Source of the DNA: Microbotryum violaceum
Lineage: Eukaryota
DNA: 64,000 nucleotides
Direction: 5' to 3'
NCBI GenBank assembly: GCA_001244265.2
Contig: CDLV01000004.1
Location: 868,001-932,000 of the forward strand
The notes under the pieces are model-generated. The model saw only the letters and a list, made by a program, of their open reading frames with translations, had not been told where the DNA came from and did not search any database. Within the stretch, counting starts at the first letter, position 1. Every line of letters starts with the position of its first letter. Made by a program: the position numbers and the translations under genes. Shown here piece after piece: positions 1-18,152 of the stretch.

Positions 1-1356
<1,356 letters not shown>

Positions 1357-1445
1357 GATCGTCGGCCTGAACGAGGATCTACACAAGGGACGAAGAAGGC
1401 AACAGAGAGTCTTATCAGCCACCCAACCCAAGCTCCTTTGATTTC

Positions 1446-2446
1446 CTATCCGGGATGATCACCTTGAGTTGAGTAGAGCATGTTTTCCCGGGTCCTTGTC
1501 ATTGTCTCGTTTCTTGTACCCAAGTTTGCCATCCTTGACCCGAACTCTTTTGCAGGCCCCGAGCAACGATGTGTATTCCGTAGAACCTCCGCAACAGGTC
1601 GACCTTCGCCGGGTTGACTCCAAGGTTCTCGAAGGGTAATAGGCACTTCCGGACGCCATTCGATCCCCACTGCCACTTCCGACGGATGTTGGTGATGAGT
1701 AGACGAGGGCGCGTCACCGTAAGGTCGCTCGACGACAGCGAGACAGCGTTCATATTTGCGTGGAGCCCAGTCATGCTTCTGTTAATAGATCGCACCGATG
1801 AAGGTTAGGTCGTTCACAGGACGAAACAAAACGCAGCGCAGCATGCAGCTTCAACATACCTCTGTAGCCATGAACTTTGGGAGCTCCAGGACAGGATGTT
1901 TGCGTACAAATTCCCATCCGAACCTCGGCTTGCGACAATTGAGAACAAACGGCCTGAGACGGAGCTCGTTGTGCTCTGCAGTCGTGAGGATCACGTTTGA
2001 GAAAATTGCCTCGCGCGTCGTGTTCGATAACTCTTTGTCCTGTCGAGAGGGCTCGTACGTGTGCCGGTCAAGGATCTTCTTGTCGTTCCGAGCCAGGAGT
2101 AGTGCCGAGAAGATGTTGTCAATTGATTTCTCGTCCGAATTGACGTCGTCGACTCCGTAGTAACCCTCGTCTGCCGAATCCTCGTCGGAGTCTCTCGAAC
2201 GGCTCTTTGGAGAGATTAAAAGCCCGAGACTGCGGAGGGGCTAGATATCGAGGACTTTGAGGGAACCGGGACCAAAGCTGCCAAGACTTGCAGACTGTCC
2301 TCATCCTCATCCACTTCCGAGTCAACTTCCGATGCGTACCCCTCTGGGGAGCTTTGTTCCTGCAACGCGATGGGTGGTCGGCCCCCTTTGTTTTGGAGCA
2401 GTTGGCTCATTTCTCCTGTCGACATGATAAGTGCGATTGGCGCCAT
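1446..2446 (-). pseudogene. Degenerate coding remnant of unknown, probably TE-associated, function
   Basis: Protein-like, acidic segments are spread over several frames with stops. No recognisable domain. Confidence 0.3.
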
Positions 2447-2947
2447 CTACCTTGAAGGTAAACCCCTCACTGGGCGTCGTTTGCTCGAGATGCACAGTAT
2501 TTCCGCGCGACTAAGATAGGGAGGAGTGTCTACGTGAGGACTTTATGTGTAAGAAGAAAAAGAGAGTGGGGGGAAAGACCAGTGAGCGTGTGAAGCTCTG
2601 AGGAAAGGAGCTGCTTTCAGGGGCATTCGTGAGTTTGCCGGTGTAGCCCGTCAAACGACGAGCGCCTGCGAGTTTTGGCGCGGCCCCAGGGCTTTCGCCG
2701 AATATTTGAATTTTCTCGAATAACGGTGCTAACGATTGCAGGCCTAAGGAACACTGCAGCTCACCCATGTAGTAATTATGTCATTACCGCATAAGTATTC
2801 TAGTCAGCAAGAAAAAAACGTTTGCTCCACCCTATGATATTTATTGCAAGCTACGCTTGCTGCACCTCGGGCAGACATAAAAAATACGCCTAAACAGGCG
2901 CGCGCGCAGCGCCCCTCACGTGCCTTCCAAGTCACTGCCTCAGCGGG

Positions 2948-2983
2948 GTGTACCCTTGCTACCCAGTGTACCCTTGCTACCCC
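2948..2983. repeat. 18-bp tandem repeat GTGTACCCTTGCTACCCA x2
   Basis: Direct repeat seen in the sequence, next to a GC-rich putative TE terminus at 2897-2937. Confidence 0.8.
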
Positions 2984-3143
2984 AGGGCGCCGACTTGGCC
3001 CCCCCGTTGAGGTATGCCCACCTCGATGTCGAGCTACCGAGACGTTCACTCCCACTATAACTCGGTGGAAAACCTGGAAACAAAGGCACAGTCGGCGAGT
3101 AATAGTACATTCGGATTTTTGCGTATTTTTTGAGAGTTACTAT

Positions 3144-3380
3144 TGTCCTCTGCAAGCTGAACAAGAGCGCTACCTCGAACACGTGATTCGGCACGGGTCG
3201 CGCGGAACAATTGGGGCCGGGACTGGCCGGGACGTCGACGCGTCACGACTCCGGAGACGCTGGAGAGGGCCGCGACGCGTCGCGCTCGCGCATACCGCCC
3301 ATTCTTTTGCTTTGCTCAATCGCCCCCTACTACGTATACGAAGTAACGAACTAGAAACGAGCATCCGTGACCTTGCGACA
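3144..3380 (+). mobile_element. Putative solo LTR
   Basis: TGTC...GACA termini, about 237 bp, GC-rich core followed by a pyrimidine tract. No matching TSD. Confidence 0.35.
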
Positions 3381-3899
3381 GTCTGAAACGAACGCCCACT
3401 TCGAAATACCGGATCAGTCATAGTCTTGCTGCTCCTGTCATGATGAGTCAATCCCATCAACTACCTTCCAAATCGCAGCCAACGTTTGGCGCTCCGGCGA
3501 TGAACAGCAGTATGTTTGCCGCCGATCGACACGGGTGCTTTGCCTGGACTACCGGCTCACGATCACATCTGACACATAGGTTCATAAGCTGCCTCTAGGT
3601 ACGAGTCGTGCACCTTGCCTTGGACTCCCTATCAGTCCGCATATAACGACTATTCGGGACCGTGGGTGGCCGTCGCGTCGATCGCGTATAGCATCGGTCT
3701 GGTCTGACGTTACACCGTCGTGCACCCGATCCAGCGTCCACTTCCGCTGGCGTAACGGCCATCTCGAATCCTGCGTCGTACAACTATCCATCGTCTCCGG
3801 GATCTGCTTCGTCCAATCAACCAGTTTACCGTCCCACGTTCCCCGATCCTGGACGCATCGATGGCCCATATCTAGCTCCGCCAACAAGCAACAATCTCG

Positions 3900-5615
3900 C
3901 AAGCATCGCAAGTATGGTCGAACAAGGAGGAAACAATTCCGACAGCACGGGTATTGTCTTTGACGCGGCAGATTTGCCAAATACTACTTAGCCTTCCGCT
4001 CACGATCGCCAAACGTCGCGGGCCGCACAAGTTTCCCAGCTCCGACCGGAATACCATCCAATGCTGCACCGAAAAAGCTCCCGGCTTTGACGACCGAGCG
4101 GAGGACAGCAAGTTGGACGCCGGCGAAGAGGCTGTTGCCGGAGGAGCTATACGAGCAGGCGTACTCCGCTGATACGCGCAACCCCAACAAGACGGAACGA
4201 GAACAACATAAGGCGTGGGCTGTGCAGAGGTTGTACGAAGAATTCGAATACTGCATCGAGAATAAGATTCGGCCGGACGACTTGAGACAGGTCACTTCGC
4301 CCGTTAGCCGGCTATCGGCGAGCAACCATGGAACGACTTTCAGAAAAGTCGATTCTTTGCAGCGCTTCTGATCAACGACGAGCATACCGGTAAGCCAGCG
4401 CTTCAACTTCGGCCTTCTCGTCTATCCTGACCAACTCAACGCTGAGCAATGCATTCTATAAGTACATTCAGTTCCAACCAAATTGATGCAAAGGAAGGAC
4501 CTAGCGCGCGTGTATTGGAACAGAATCTGCAGCAGTGAGGCTGAGAAGGCGGAGTGTCTCGCGGCTCTTGCATTGGAGCAGGCCGAGGACGATGCGGCCG
4601 CGCACCTTTCATCGGATCCACCGCTTCGAGCGGCCCACCTTGCATCGACTCCGCAGCCTCGAAGCAGAACGAACCTGGCCATGATCAAAAAGGCGAGGCA
4701 GGGACTGCAAGCATCCTTGACATCCTTGGTGAGAGTCCTTCTGAGTCCAAGCTTCAGATCGGAGGCCCTTTTGCTTATCGATTCTTCACCGTTTCCTTTT
4801 CGGAAGGCCATTATCTTTCGGACAACTACGGCATCGAGATGTTTGCTATCGCCTCCTCGAATTCACCCGAGACCAACAAGGAGCACTTTGTGGTCGCTTC
4901 CGTAGGCGGGGCGGCGTTTGCGCTTCGACAGGGTTGGGCCGACAAGGGGCAGGGACCGCTAGTCCGGGACTTTGCGCATTGCGTCGCAGGCACAGCGATT
5001 ATAGCAGACAAGCGGGCCGGCATTGTCAGCGCCGGTGAGTGGCGAGATTTTACCGGATCTCAGGAAAGGGCAACAGCTAGTAGAGGTCAATTGATGTATC
5101 AGCGAATGTCTGCTCACAGCTTGGAACGCACCCGTGGCCGACAAGAACGTTGAGACCAAACGCCAATGGTACAGCCTCATCCTCAAGGAATTGTTCCGTG
5201 AGTACAATGAGTGCAGCCTGCCTACTCTTCCATACACGGTGCCTAATCTTGACCCGGCTCACTGTCTTCAGAGCCCGCGCTGCGCCGACGCTCCGTACTA
5301 GACGGCGAGAAAATCCAATCGCCCAAGTTCGTCTATAATGTAAAGGCCCTCCGGGACAACGCCAGAATCATTGTTCAGCGCGGCGCGCTCCTTCGCAAAG
5401 CGGATTTTCGAAGCCCGAGTGGCAAGCTCAAGTTGTTGGGACCCGACCTGGATCGGATCATCCCATTGCTGCGTGCAGGCGAGCTGAGCTTCATGCTGGA
5501 GGAAGAGGTAATCGGGTCAAGTGCCGACCAGGCAATAGCCGACGTCGATGAAGGTGGTGACAGCGATGCTGACCGACGAACTCGGAACACGAGCTCCGAC
5601 GAGGACAGCGAGTGA
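3900..5615 (+). pseudogene. Multi-exon gene remnant of unknown function
   Basis: Consecutive protein-like segments (4087-4290, 4400-4727, 4808-5033, 5120-5197, 5433-5615) are separated by GT..AG intron-like stretches. At least one in-frame stop lies near 4458. Acidic C-terminus. Confidence 0.4.
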
Positions 5616-7122
5616 GGTGACGATGGCCGAGCGCTCAGGGCCAGCCGGACTCGTCGACGCGCATGCTGAAGGGCCAGAATTCGTTGGACAACACAGGCCA
5701 CCACAGTCGCTATGTCATAGTTTTCCTTCATATGCATCCGGCTCTTGGTGACTAAAGGCGGAGAGGGTTATTGTTCGTTGGCCCTTCGTGCCTAATCTTC
5801 CCCTGGGCCGCTCGAGACCGACCTCTCCTTGTTGACGTGGGATGTGCCAGTGACGCAATCCTGCTCACAAACATCATCCTTCTTGTTCTGTTTTGTTTCC
5901 GAAGTATTATGTAGAGTTGAATTGCCCTGTGAGAATGGAGTGCTCCCTGATCCGTGGTCCAGACGGAGCGTCTGCTTTCCGGAAGTGACTCTTTGAGCAA
6001 AGAATGATTAAACAGAATTCGCAACGCGATTCCACAAATTGCAGTGTATGTTAGCATCTTCTTATCATCTATCAGCACTAAAGTGAACGGGCAAGGGTTG
6101 CATCTGGCCGGGCTCGGTCTTCGCCAAAGTGCCAATCAGAACTGCTGGGCCACGGTGACGACCCCCGGCGATTGACTTCAAGCGGCGCGCGCTCCCAGAA
6201 GAAGCTGAGCCTGAACGCGCAAATGAAGCGGAGCGGAACACGTAGGAAATCAGTCGTAAGTAGCGAAGTAGCGACGAAGTACGTGCTTGATGAGAGGCGG
6301 GTCGTACTCGATAATATATTCGGTGAGAACATGGAAGGCTTAGGCTTGTAACAGGCTTTTGAACCAAAAAGCCCAATTGACTCCGAGACACAGTGATCGA
6401 TGCAGTGGCAAATCGGCAGCCGTACCTGGCGGCTGACTTGAAAGCGTCTGAAACTGGAAAGTTCTCGATGGGCCGCTCATACCTACCTCTTACTTGAGAA
6501 ACATCCCTTCTCGTCAATGAGATAGGCCGCCAATCCTCAGACCACATGGTGAGTGCTCAAAGCAGAGAGAATTCTTGCATTAAGTTCGCCGCATCAAGAT
6601 GAATTGTCAGTGGCATTTCTGGTGAATCCGAATGTACAAAGACTCGGCGGTATGAGGCCATTCAGCTCTCATCGCGATCTTCGAGTTAGGCATGTTCTCA
6701 GATTATGACTCTATGATATTACCCGGGCTCTGATGTATTGTCGGCCATGAGAGCCGTCCGAAGAGTGTCCCAGCATCGAGCGGTCCACTAATGGTTGACC
6801 TGACTTCCCGGATGGGTCTCCTGAAGCTCCTAACTAAGGGTTATAGTTGCATCATCATCTCTGTTTGCTGTATGCGCGGATCTAATTGATTTGACGCCAT
6901 GAAAGGTCTTGTTCGTCACCGGTGTGCGCAGTCTAGGAGGTGAGGAAAAACGATCTCCGACTTCCCGTCAAGCATAGGCTTGTTGACACCAAGCTTTTCT
7001 TAAAACACGCGCAAGTCTCAGTAGCAGGGATGGGGATTGGTGCAAAGGTTCTTTGGCCGCGCCATGGCAGAAAGTCGAGTCCTTCGAGCGGGAATTCTCA
7101 GAGAGAGTGAACCGCCCAGCCG

Positions 7123-7459
7123 TCTTGTTCGGAAGAAGATACATTCTCTATAGTGATCGAACCCACTCACCATCTTCACGGGGTAGACCTTCTAGGTACT
7201 CGAGCAGTTGCATGCGTTTTGACTGAAATGACCCTCGGCACTGGTAAGGGAAACCGCCGAGCCATCTTGTTCGGAAGAAGGGCTTGCACGCACATGCCAA
7301 CTTTGCTATTCAACCCTGTCCGAGGGTAAGAGATACATTCTCTATAGTGATAGAACCCACTCACCCATTTTCACGTGGTAGACATTCTAGGTACTCGAGC
7401 AATTGCATGCGCTTTGATTGAAAAGTCACCCGGCAAGTCACCCGGCAAGTCACCCGGCA
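7123..7459. repeat. Imperfect ~90-bp duplication (7138-7228 and 7331-7423) plus GTCACCCGGCAA x3
   Basis: AGATACATTCTCTATAGTGAT...GGTACTCGAGCA..GCATGCG occurs twice. A 12-bp unit is repeated at 7425-7459. Confidence 0.8.
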
Positions 7460-7982
7460 GGAGCCTAGTAAGGCAGGCGCAGCCCAGAGATTAGGTCTGA
7501 CAATATTTCTTTCTAGAAGACGGTGTTATTACTCTCACCCACCGCAATTGAGACGACTATAGTTTGCAAACACCATTTCCATTGTTTCAACATTAAGTTG
7601 CTCCACTAATTCAATTTACATCAGAAGCTGGTCTAAACGTCCGAGAAGTATTCGTCTTCCTGACCAGCGAAGTCATCGCCGTAGCTTTCATCTGAAGAGC
7701 TGCTCATCTCACCGTCCTGCTCGAGGAGTTGTGCGGAGAGAGGCCCCACCTCCTTTGCGAGTTCAGCCCCGTCGCTCATATCCATCTGTGCCTCAATGGC
7801 CCGCACTTGCTGAACGTCACGGGCCAGCGGTGGAGGCCCCACGTACCGCCCCGATTGGCACCCCACCCCACCGTGAAGAAGAGTACTACGCCTCAACGGG
7901 CGAACGTCTCGCAGCCGGAGACGACGACGACGAAGAGGAAGAGGACGATGACACCAGCTGTCGCAGGGTCGCACAAGGGATC

Positions 7983-10195
7983 ATGGGCTACAAACCACAG
8001 TCCCATCAACCACATCCCATGCGCACCCACCCGGACAAGCACCCCCTAGACCACACCGGCACCGGCACCTCCTCCTCTACCCCCGACCTCACCACCTTTG
8101 ACCTCGTCAAGTTGACCCTTGGTCTAGCCGGTGCTCAATTCGCGTGGACGGTCGAAATGGCGTTTGGCACACCTTACCTCTCGTCCCTCGGTCTGACCAA
8201 ACGCGCCACTTCCCTCGTATGGCTCGCAGGACCGTTGGCAGGCTTGATCATGCAACCTAGCATCGGAGCCTTGTCCGATGCATCGAAAACAAAGTACAGA
8301 CGAAGAGCGTTCATCGCCGCCTCGAATGCCTCGGTCGTCGTCTCGACTCTTTTCGTCGCTTATGCCAACGAGATTGGCTCCTTGTTGAGTGGGTGGTCCG
8401 GCCTGGGCGATTGGGATCCCAAGCAGGACCACGTTCGAGCAAGCGCGATCGCGATTGGGGTCCTAGGCTTTTACGTTCTCGATTCCAGTCTCAACGGACT
8501 AAAGGCCTCGTTGCGCGTGAGTCGGTGATCCGTTCTACCCAAGGCTCACGACGCAGCACGGTCTGATCCTGACACCGCATCTCACCCCCTAGGCCCTGAT
8601 CCTCGACCAATCCCCAAGGCATCAACAAAACGTCGCCAACGCCTGGCACGGTCGCATGACCCATTTCGCCAACATCTTCGGCTACGGCGCGGGTTATATC
8701 GATCTAGGGCATTGGGCCGCCCTTTCCTGGGTTGGTGGAGGTCAGTTCCGTAAATTGGCCGTCATGGCTTGCGTCGTCATGACCCTCTGCGTCGCCATCA
8801 CCTGTTGGACCCAAGTCGAGCGCATTTCCTCCTCCGAGCTCCAGATAGCAAACCGGGGGATCCGCTGGTCCAGCATCTGGATCAACGTCCGCAAAGCGAC
8901 TCGCGAACTCCCCCTCTCCGTACGAAGGGTCTGTTATCTCCAATTCTTCCAATGGACCGCTTGGTTCCCCTTTTCGTTTTATTCGACGTCGTACGTCGCC
9001 GAAATACTTTATGCGAGTCTGCCGCCTGATCAAGAGGAACCTTCGACGGATACGGCGACGAGGGCCGGTTCATTGGCTCTGCTTCTTTATGCGCTCGTCT
9101 CCCTCGGGTCGGGATCGTTGCTACCCTGGTTAACGACTCTAGGCCGCAGAAAAATTGTCGACAAGCGACTATCAAGGACGTCGAAGAAGGGTAGGCTGAT
9201 GAGGCATTTATTGGCGAACATGACACCGAGGAATAAGTGGACTTTGGGGACCGTGTTGTATGCTTCTGCCATGGTCGCGACGTTTTGGGTCAAGACGGTC
9301 GAAGGGGCGATGAGTATTGTGGCGTTCTGTGGCGTTTCTTGGGCAGTGCAGTGTTGGGTGAGTACCTGGACGATGTTCTTTCGGGGCAACCTTGCTGATT
9401 TGTATCGCTTTCAATTTTTGTCCCTTTCGCCCTCGTCATGGAATCCATCCGCGAAATCGAGCCCGCATCTGCTCCAACCGCATCCTCTCTTCCCTCCTCG
9501 GAAGACGCACGTACGAGTCCCTCTCAAGCGCCCTCCCGAACAAACTACGGGAGTACGCATTTCGATCGGGGATCGAAGAAGAAACCCTTCTCGCCTCCCC
9601 CGCCACCTTTTGCGCATTCCTCTTCGCAGCTTGAGAGAGTCAGACAGGGGTTGGCGGAATGTTCACCGCTTTTATCATCGAGGCCTGAGGGGGTTTCGAG
9701 GAGTTCGCCACGTGGTTCTCAAGGACGAATCGAAGAGCGAGGCCATCGAGAAGCGCATTCCGATCCAGCCGCATCGAACTCGAGCTCTACAGCGGGAGGT
9801 ACGATTCTAGGATTCTAGGCATCCACAACCAAGCGTGTTGCATGCCACAGTTCTTCGTCGCCGTCGTGGCGGCTTGCATCTTCTCTCTATTGGAAAAGAA
9901 GCGTTCCGTAAACGAAGGGAATGGGAAACCGACTGATCTCGTGCTGCGACGCGGACTCGAACTCCTCGTCTCCGCCTTCGCTTCCGAAGGCGGAGGAGGT
10001 AGCGACTCCGAACCCACAGACGGTCTTCGAGGAGCCAACGACGTCGTATGGGTACTCCGTTTTGGCGGTCTTGCGGCTCTGGTGGGTGTTTTCTTCAGTC
10101 GTTATCTGTTGGAGATGAGGAGTGAGGCCGAGTATAAGGATGAGGTCCTGGCGTGGCCTTTTCAGCTGGTTGAGGAGGAGGAGGCGGGGGAATGA
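7983..10195 (+). pseudogene. MFS/GPH sucrose/alpha-glucoside:H+ symporter (SUT1/SLC45-like), apparently inactivated; true start uncertain
   Basis: Motifs GAQFAWTVEMAFGTPYL, WLAGPLAGLIMQP, RRRAF, ANAWHGRM, QFFQWTAWFPF and GTILGIHN..MPQF. Intron 1 is 8517-8592. Intron 2 (from 9358) lacks an AG before GTC CCT TTC. An 8-bp duplication at 9803-9818 causes a frameshift. Confidence 0.85.
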
Positions 10196-10374
10196 GGTGA
10201 AGGTCTTGTAGCTTCGGATCTTGTGCGCCATTTTTTTTCGTGTGTAGTTGCAGTTCATTTTGTTCCTGTAATCTTATACACGAATGCACAACATTCTCGT
10301 ACTTTCATCTCGAGAGGGGGTTAGAAGAGTATGACAACATTATAATAGCCACAAAGGAAGCCGCCTGCGCAAAC

Positions 10375-11901
10375 TCATGCATCCGCCTCCGCCTCCGCGG
10401 CCCCTTCCCTCCCCCTTCTGATCAACCGATACACATCCGCGGCCAAATACAAACTCCCCGCCACCACGACGCGAACCCCCTCCCCTAAACTTTTCAAAGC
10501 CTGCTCAACGTCCCCAAAGACCTGCACCTCTTGCACGTGCTCGAACGCTGGGTCACGAAGAAGGAGCTCCCTGATCTCTTCGGGGGGCGTCGGTTCTATC
10601 CAAGGCATCCCATCGGGATGACTAAAACCTACACACACGACCTTGCGGATGGATCCTCGGGGTCTTAAAAGGGGTTCCAAGAGTACCGTCGGTGGTCTCG
10701 GGGCCGAAATAGCAATAACCAACGTCGTCGGTGCCGAGTCCTCGGCAAGGGTGTGTAGGTACTGGTAAAGTTGTTCGGCTGATGAAGGGTTGTGCGCTCC
10801 GTCGATCAAGATGGGGTGTTTGGTCCTACTAAGTTCAGAGGGAAGGTTGACCCAATCCAATCGTCCTGCACACCGAGTCGCTTCGATTCCTTTTTGGTAG
10901 GCCAGAGGAGAAACGTTCGACAAAGCCGGGACAAGGGAAAGAGGACGAGAGGAGGTACGGAGCAGTTCGACAGCGAGCAGGGCAACGGCGCTATTTTGGT
11001 ATTGGTAGGAACCTGGGAGAGGGAGGTTCGCTCGGATCGAATCGGGAAGGGTTGTGGAGCGCGTTGAGGGGAGGGAAGGAGGGTGGAAGGAGATGGGAGT
11101 CAAAGGGATTGAGACGAGGGAAGAAGTGGGGGACGACGAGTTTCCCGTAGAAGCGTTCGTGATGGCGTGATGAGGTAGAGCTTCTCCAGCAATGTACAAA
11201 TTCGCCTCTTGTTGTTTTGCTATTCTTTTGACGACGTCTTGTACTTCCTGATGCCTCTGCTGTGCCAACACGACCTCGGTCCCCTTCTTGATGATTCCCG
11301 CCTTGACCTCCGCGATCTCAGCGAGCGTATTCCCGAGGAACTTCTGATGATCCAGTTCGATCGAAGTGATGATGGACATCAACGTCTTGTCCGCCGGAAC
11401 GACATTGGTCGCGTCTGTGGCTCCACCCATCCCGACTTCGATGACCGCGAGATCCAATTTGGGTTCGGTCGAGGCAAAGACTGAATAAGCGGTCGCGGTG
11501 AGGATCTCGAATGGGGTTGCACCGATTTGCTCGAGCTTGTTCGTGTGCATAACCTGAGCTTTGGTTGATTCGTAGATCTTGCGAGGGACGGTCCGGTCGT
11601 GGGGGACAGTAAGACAGTCCCATTCGTCGACCAAGTGGGGGGAATTGAACCTTCCCACGCGAAGACCGGCGACGGTGAGCACCGAGGAGAGGTACGATGA
11701 TACGGATCCTTTACCATTCGTTCCGGAGATGTGGATGATCGGTGTCGAGAGGTGGGGCGAGTGGAGGCACGAGAGAAGGCGGTGAATGCGAGCCAGTCCG
11801 AGCGAGATGCCGGACGATGACATGTCCGACGCAGAGGGAGAGTCGGGAGAGGAGAGAGCCGATGTCGAGGGACCGTTGGATTCTTGATTGGAGCTGGACA
11901 T
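10375..11901 (-). CDS. FOL3: Dihydrofolate synthase / folylpolyglutamate synthase (FolC, Mur-ligase family), single exon
   Basis: IHISGTNGKGS, GRFNSPHL, EVGMGGATDATN, LDH..LG.TL.EIA..KAGI, DGAHNP and GSLYL motifs. FOL3 rather than MET7 is a judgement call. Confidence 0.9.
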   Translation of the reverse strand: MSSSNQESNGPSTSALSSPDSPSASDMSSSGISLGLARIHRLLSCLHSPHLSTPIIHISGTNGKGSVSSYLSSVLTVAGLRVGRFNSPHLVDEWDCLTVPHDRTVPRKIYESTKAQVMHTNKLEQIGATPFEILTATAYSVFASTEPKLDLAVIEVGMGGATDATNVVPADKTLMSIITSIELDHQKFLGNTLAEIAEVKAGIIKKGTEVVLAQQRHQEVQDVVKRIAKQQEANLYIAGEALPHHAITNASTGNSSSPTSSLVSIPLTPISFHPPSLPSTRSTTLPDSIRANLPLPGSYQYQNSAVALLAVELLRTSSRPLSLVPALSNVSPLAYQKGIEATRCAGRLDWVNLPSELSRTKHPILIDGAHNPSSAEQLYQYLHTLAEDSAPTTLVIAISAPRPPTVLLEPLLRPRGSIRKVVCVGFSHPDGMPWIEPTPPEEIRELLLRDPAFEHVQEVQVFGDVEQALKSLGEGVRVVVAGSLYLAADVYRLIRRGREGAAEAEADA

Positions 11902-12359
11902 GGGGCACTCGTTGAGAGGCTTGTGGTATACAGTGTCCGACCGTGGTGAGCTCCGACGATCGATTGCGGAGCTGGCTGCGAGGCTCCACTTGCTCTCCTA
12001 ACGCCCTCCACCCGCTCTCCTAACGCCGATCAGACCACGCGACCGTTCCGACTTTCTCGGCGACTTCTCCGATCCCTTGGGAAGCTGTGTCGGAACGGAT
12101 TCAATCTTGCGAGTGTCCGATTCGGGCGGGTAGAGGTGAATGCTAAAGGCAAAGAGAGAGGCCAATGACGTCCGCTGTACCTTTTCCCAAGCTCGCGCGC
12201 GGGTCTGTTTCCTGGGTGTTTCCTGACTAATGCCACACCCGCATCGGCCACTATTCACTTCCGGTTTGCTCCCCTCTCTGTCTCTCCCTCTTCACCATCG
12301 ATCCTAATACTTCCCTCAGCCTCTTCCTTTCCCTCCCCAGCGGTGGATCTCCCCCTCCC

Positions 12360-13146
12360 ATGGTCGCCGCCTCTCGTCGTTTCGTCATCGCAGGTCAGTC
12401 CCCGTTTCCTCCTCGCCGCGGCGGCCATCACGTGACTTGCCTCAACTCACCGTTCCTCTGTATCCCTTCCCCCAGGCCTGGGCAACTACCCCTACCCACT
12501 CACACGTCACTCTATAGGACAAATACTACTCAAAGCCCTTGCCCACAAAGCGGCCTCCCTACCCCATTCCTCCGGAATTCCCCACCTCAAACTCGATTCC
12601 TCTAAACACGTTTGGTCTACGATCGTCACCGTTCATTCTCAGAATGCTGCGTCCGCCCAAGGGGGGGATTGCCTGCCGTTCGAGTTGATGTTCTGTCTTC
12701 CTAAAAGGTTGATGAACGTTTGTGGGCCTGTGATCGTTGAATCGTCGAAGAGTTTCTTGGGGTCGTCGGCATCGGCATCGATGGTGCATTCGAAATCCCG
12801 AGTGGACGGATGGAAGATCTTGACCCTTCAAGACGATCTCGATCTCAAACCTGGATCGTTCGAGATTCAGCGAGGGGGATCACCAAGAGGTCATAATGGA
12901 GTCAGGTCCGTCGAAGGCGCTTTGGGCAATCGGGATTTCAATCGGATACGACTCGGGATAGGCAGACCAGAGAACAAGGCCGAGGTCGCCTCCTATGTCC
13001 TTGAGCCTTTAGGAAGAGATGAGGTGCAAAATATCGATTGGGATGAAGGTACACAACGCGGTGGAGAATTGGTCGAGCAGGTTTGGCTCGACGTGATGCG
13101 GATAGCCCAAGAGCACGCTTCGAACAAGCCATCAACCTCGACGTGA
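12360..13146 (+). CDS. PTH1: Peptidyl-tRNA hydrolase (bacterial-type Pth1); exons 12360-12393 and 12476-13146
   Basis: The spliced frame gives GLGN...TRHSIG, P..LMN..G, DDLD, GGSPRGHNGVRS and RIRLGIGRP. Canonical GT-AG intron. Confidence 0.92.
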
Positions 13147-13217
13147 ATTCCGCCCATCTAGCAACAACTACTCAGACACTTCATCGCATGATGCAAGGTG
13201 CAAATTTTGATACCCAT

Positions 13218-17970
<4,753 letters not shown>

Positions 17971-18152
17971 CGTACGTCGATGCAGGCGCAGCGCGGGCGA
18001 GGACAGGAGGAGAAGGACGCCAACAACGATCGGTGCGCCAGTCGCGTTCTTTCGGGTGTGCCATCCAGATCGGCACACCTATGCGGGTCAAATTAAGCCT
18101 GCCAAAAAAACTAGGTCGCGCAATGCGTTAAGGCAGCTTTACTACCTCTATA

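Noticed and set aside
3590-3700. Harbinger-like AIDAT / VHDS motifs on the minus strand
   Set aside because: Too short, wrongly spaced and interrupted by stops.
7731-7860. N-terminal extension of the transporter ORF
   Set aside because: Non-ATG start, and it overlaps a minus-strand remnant (7633-7850). Probably read-through from adjacent foreign sequence.
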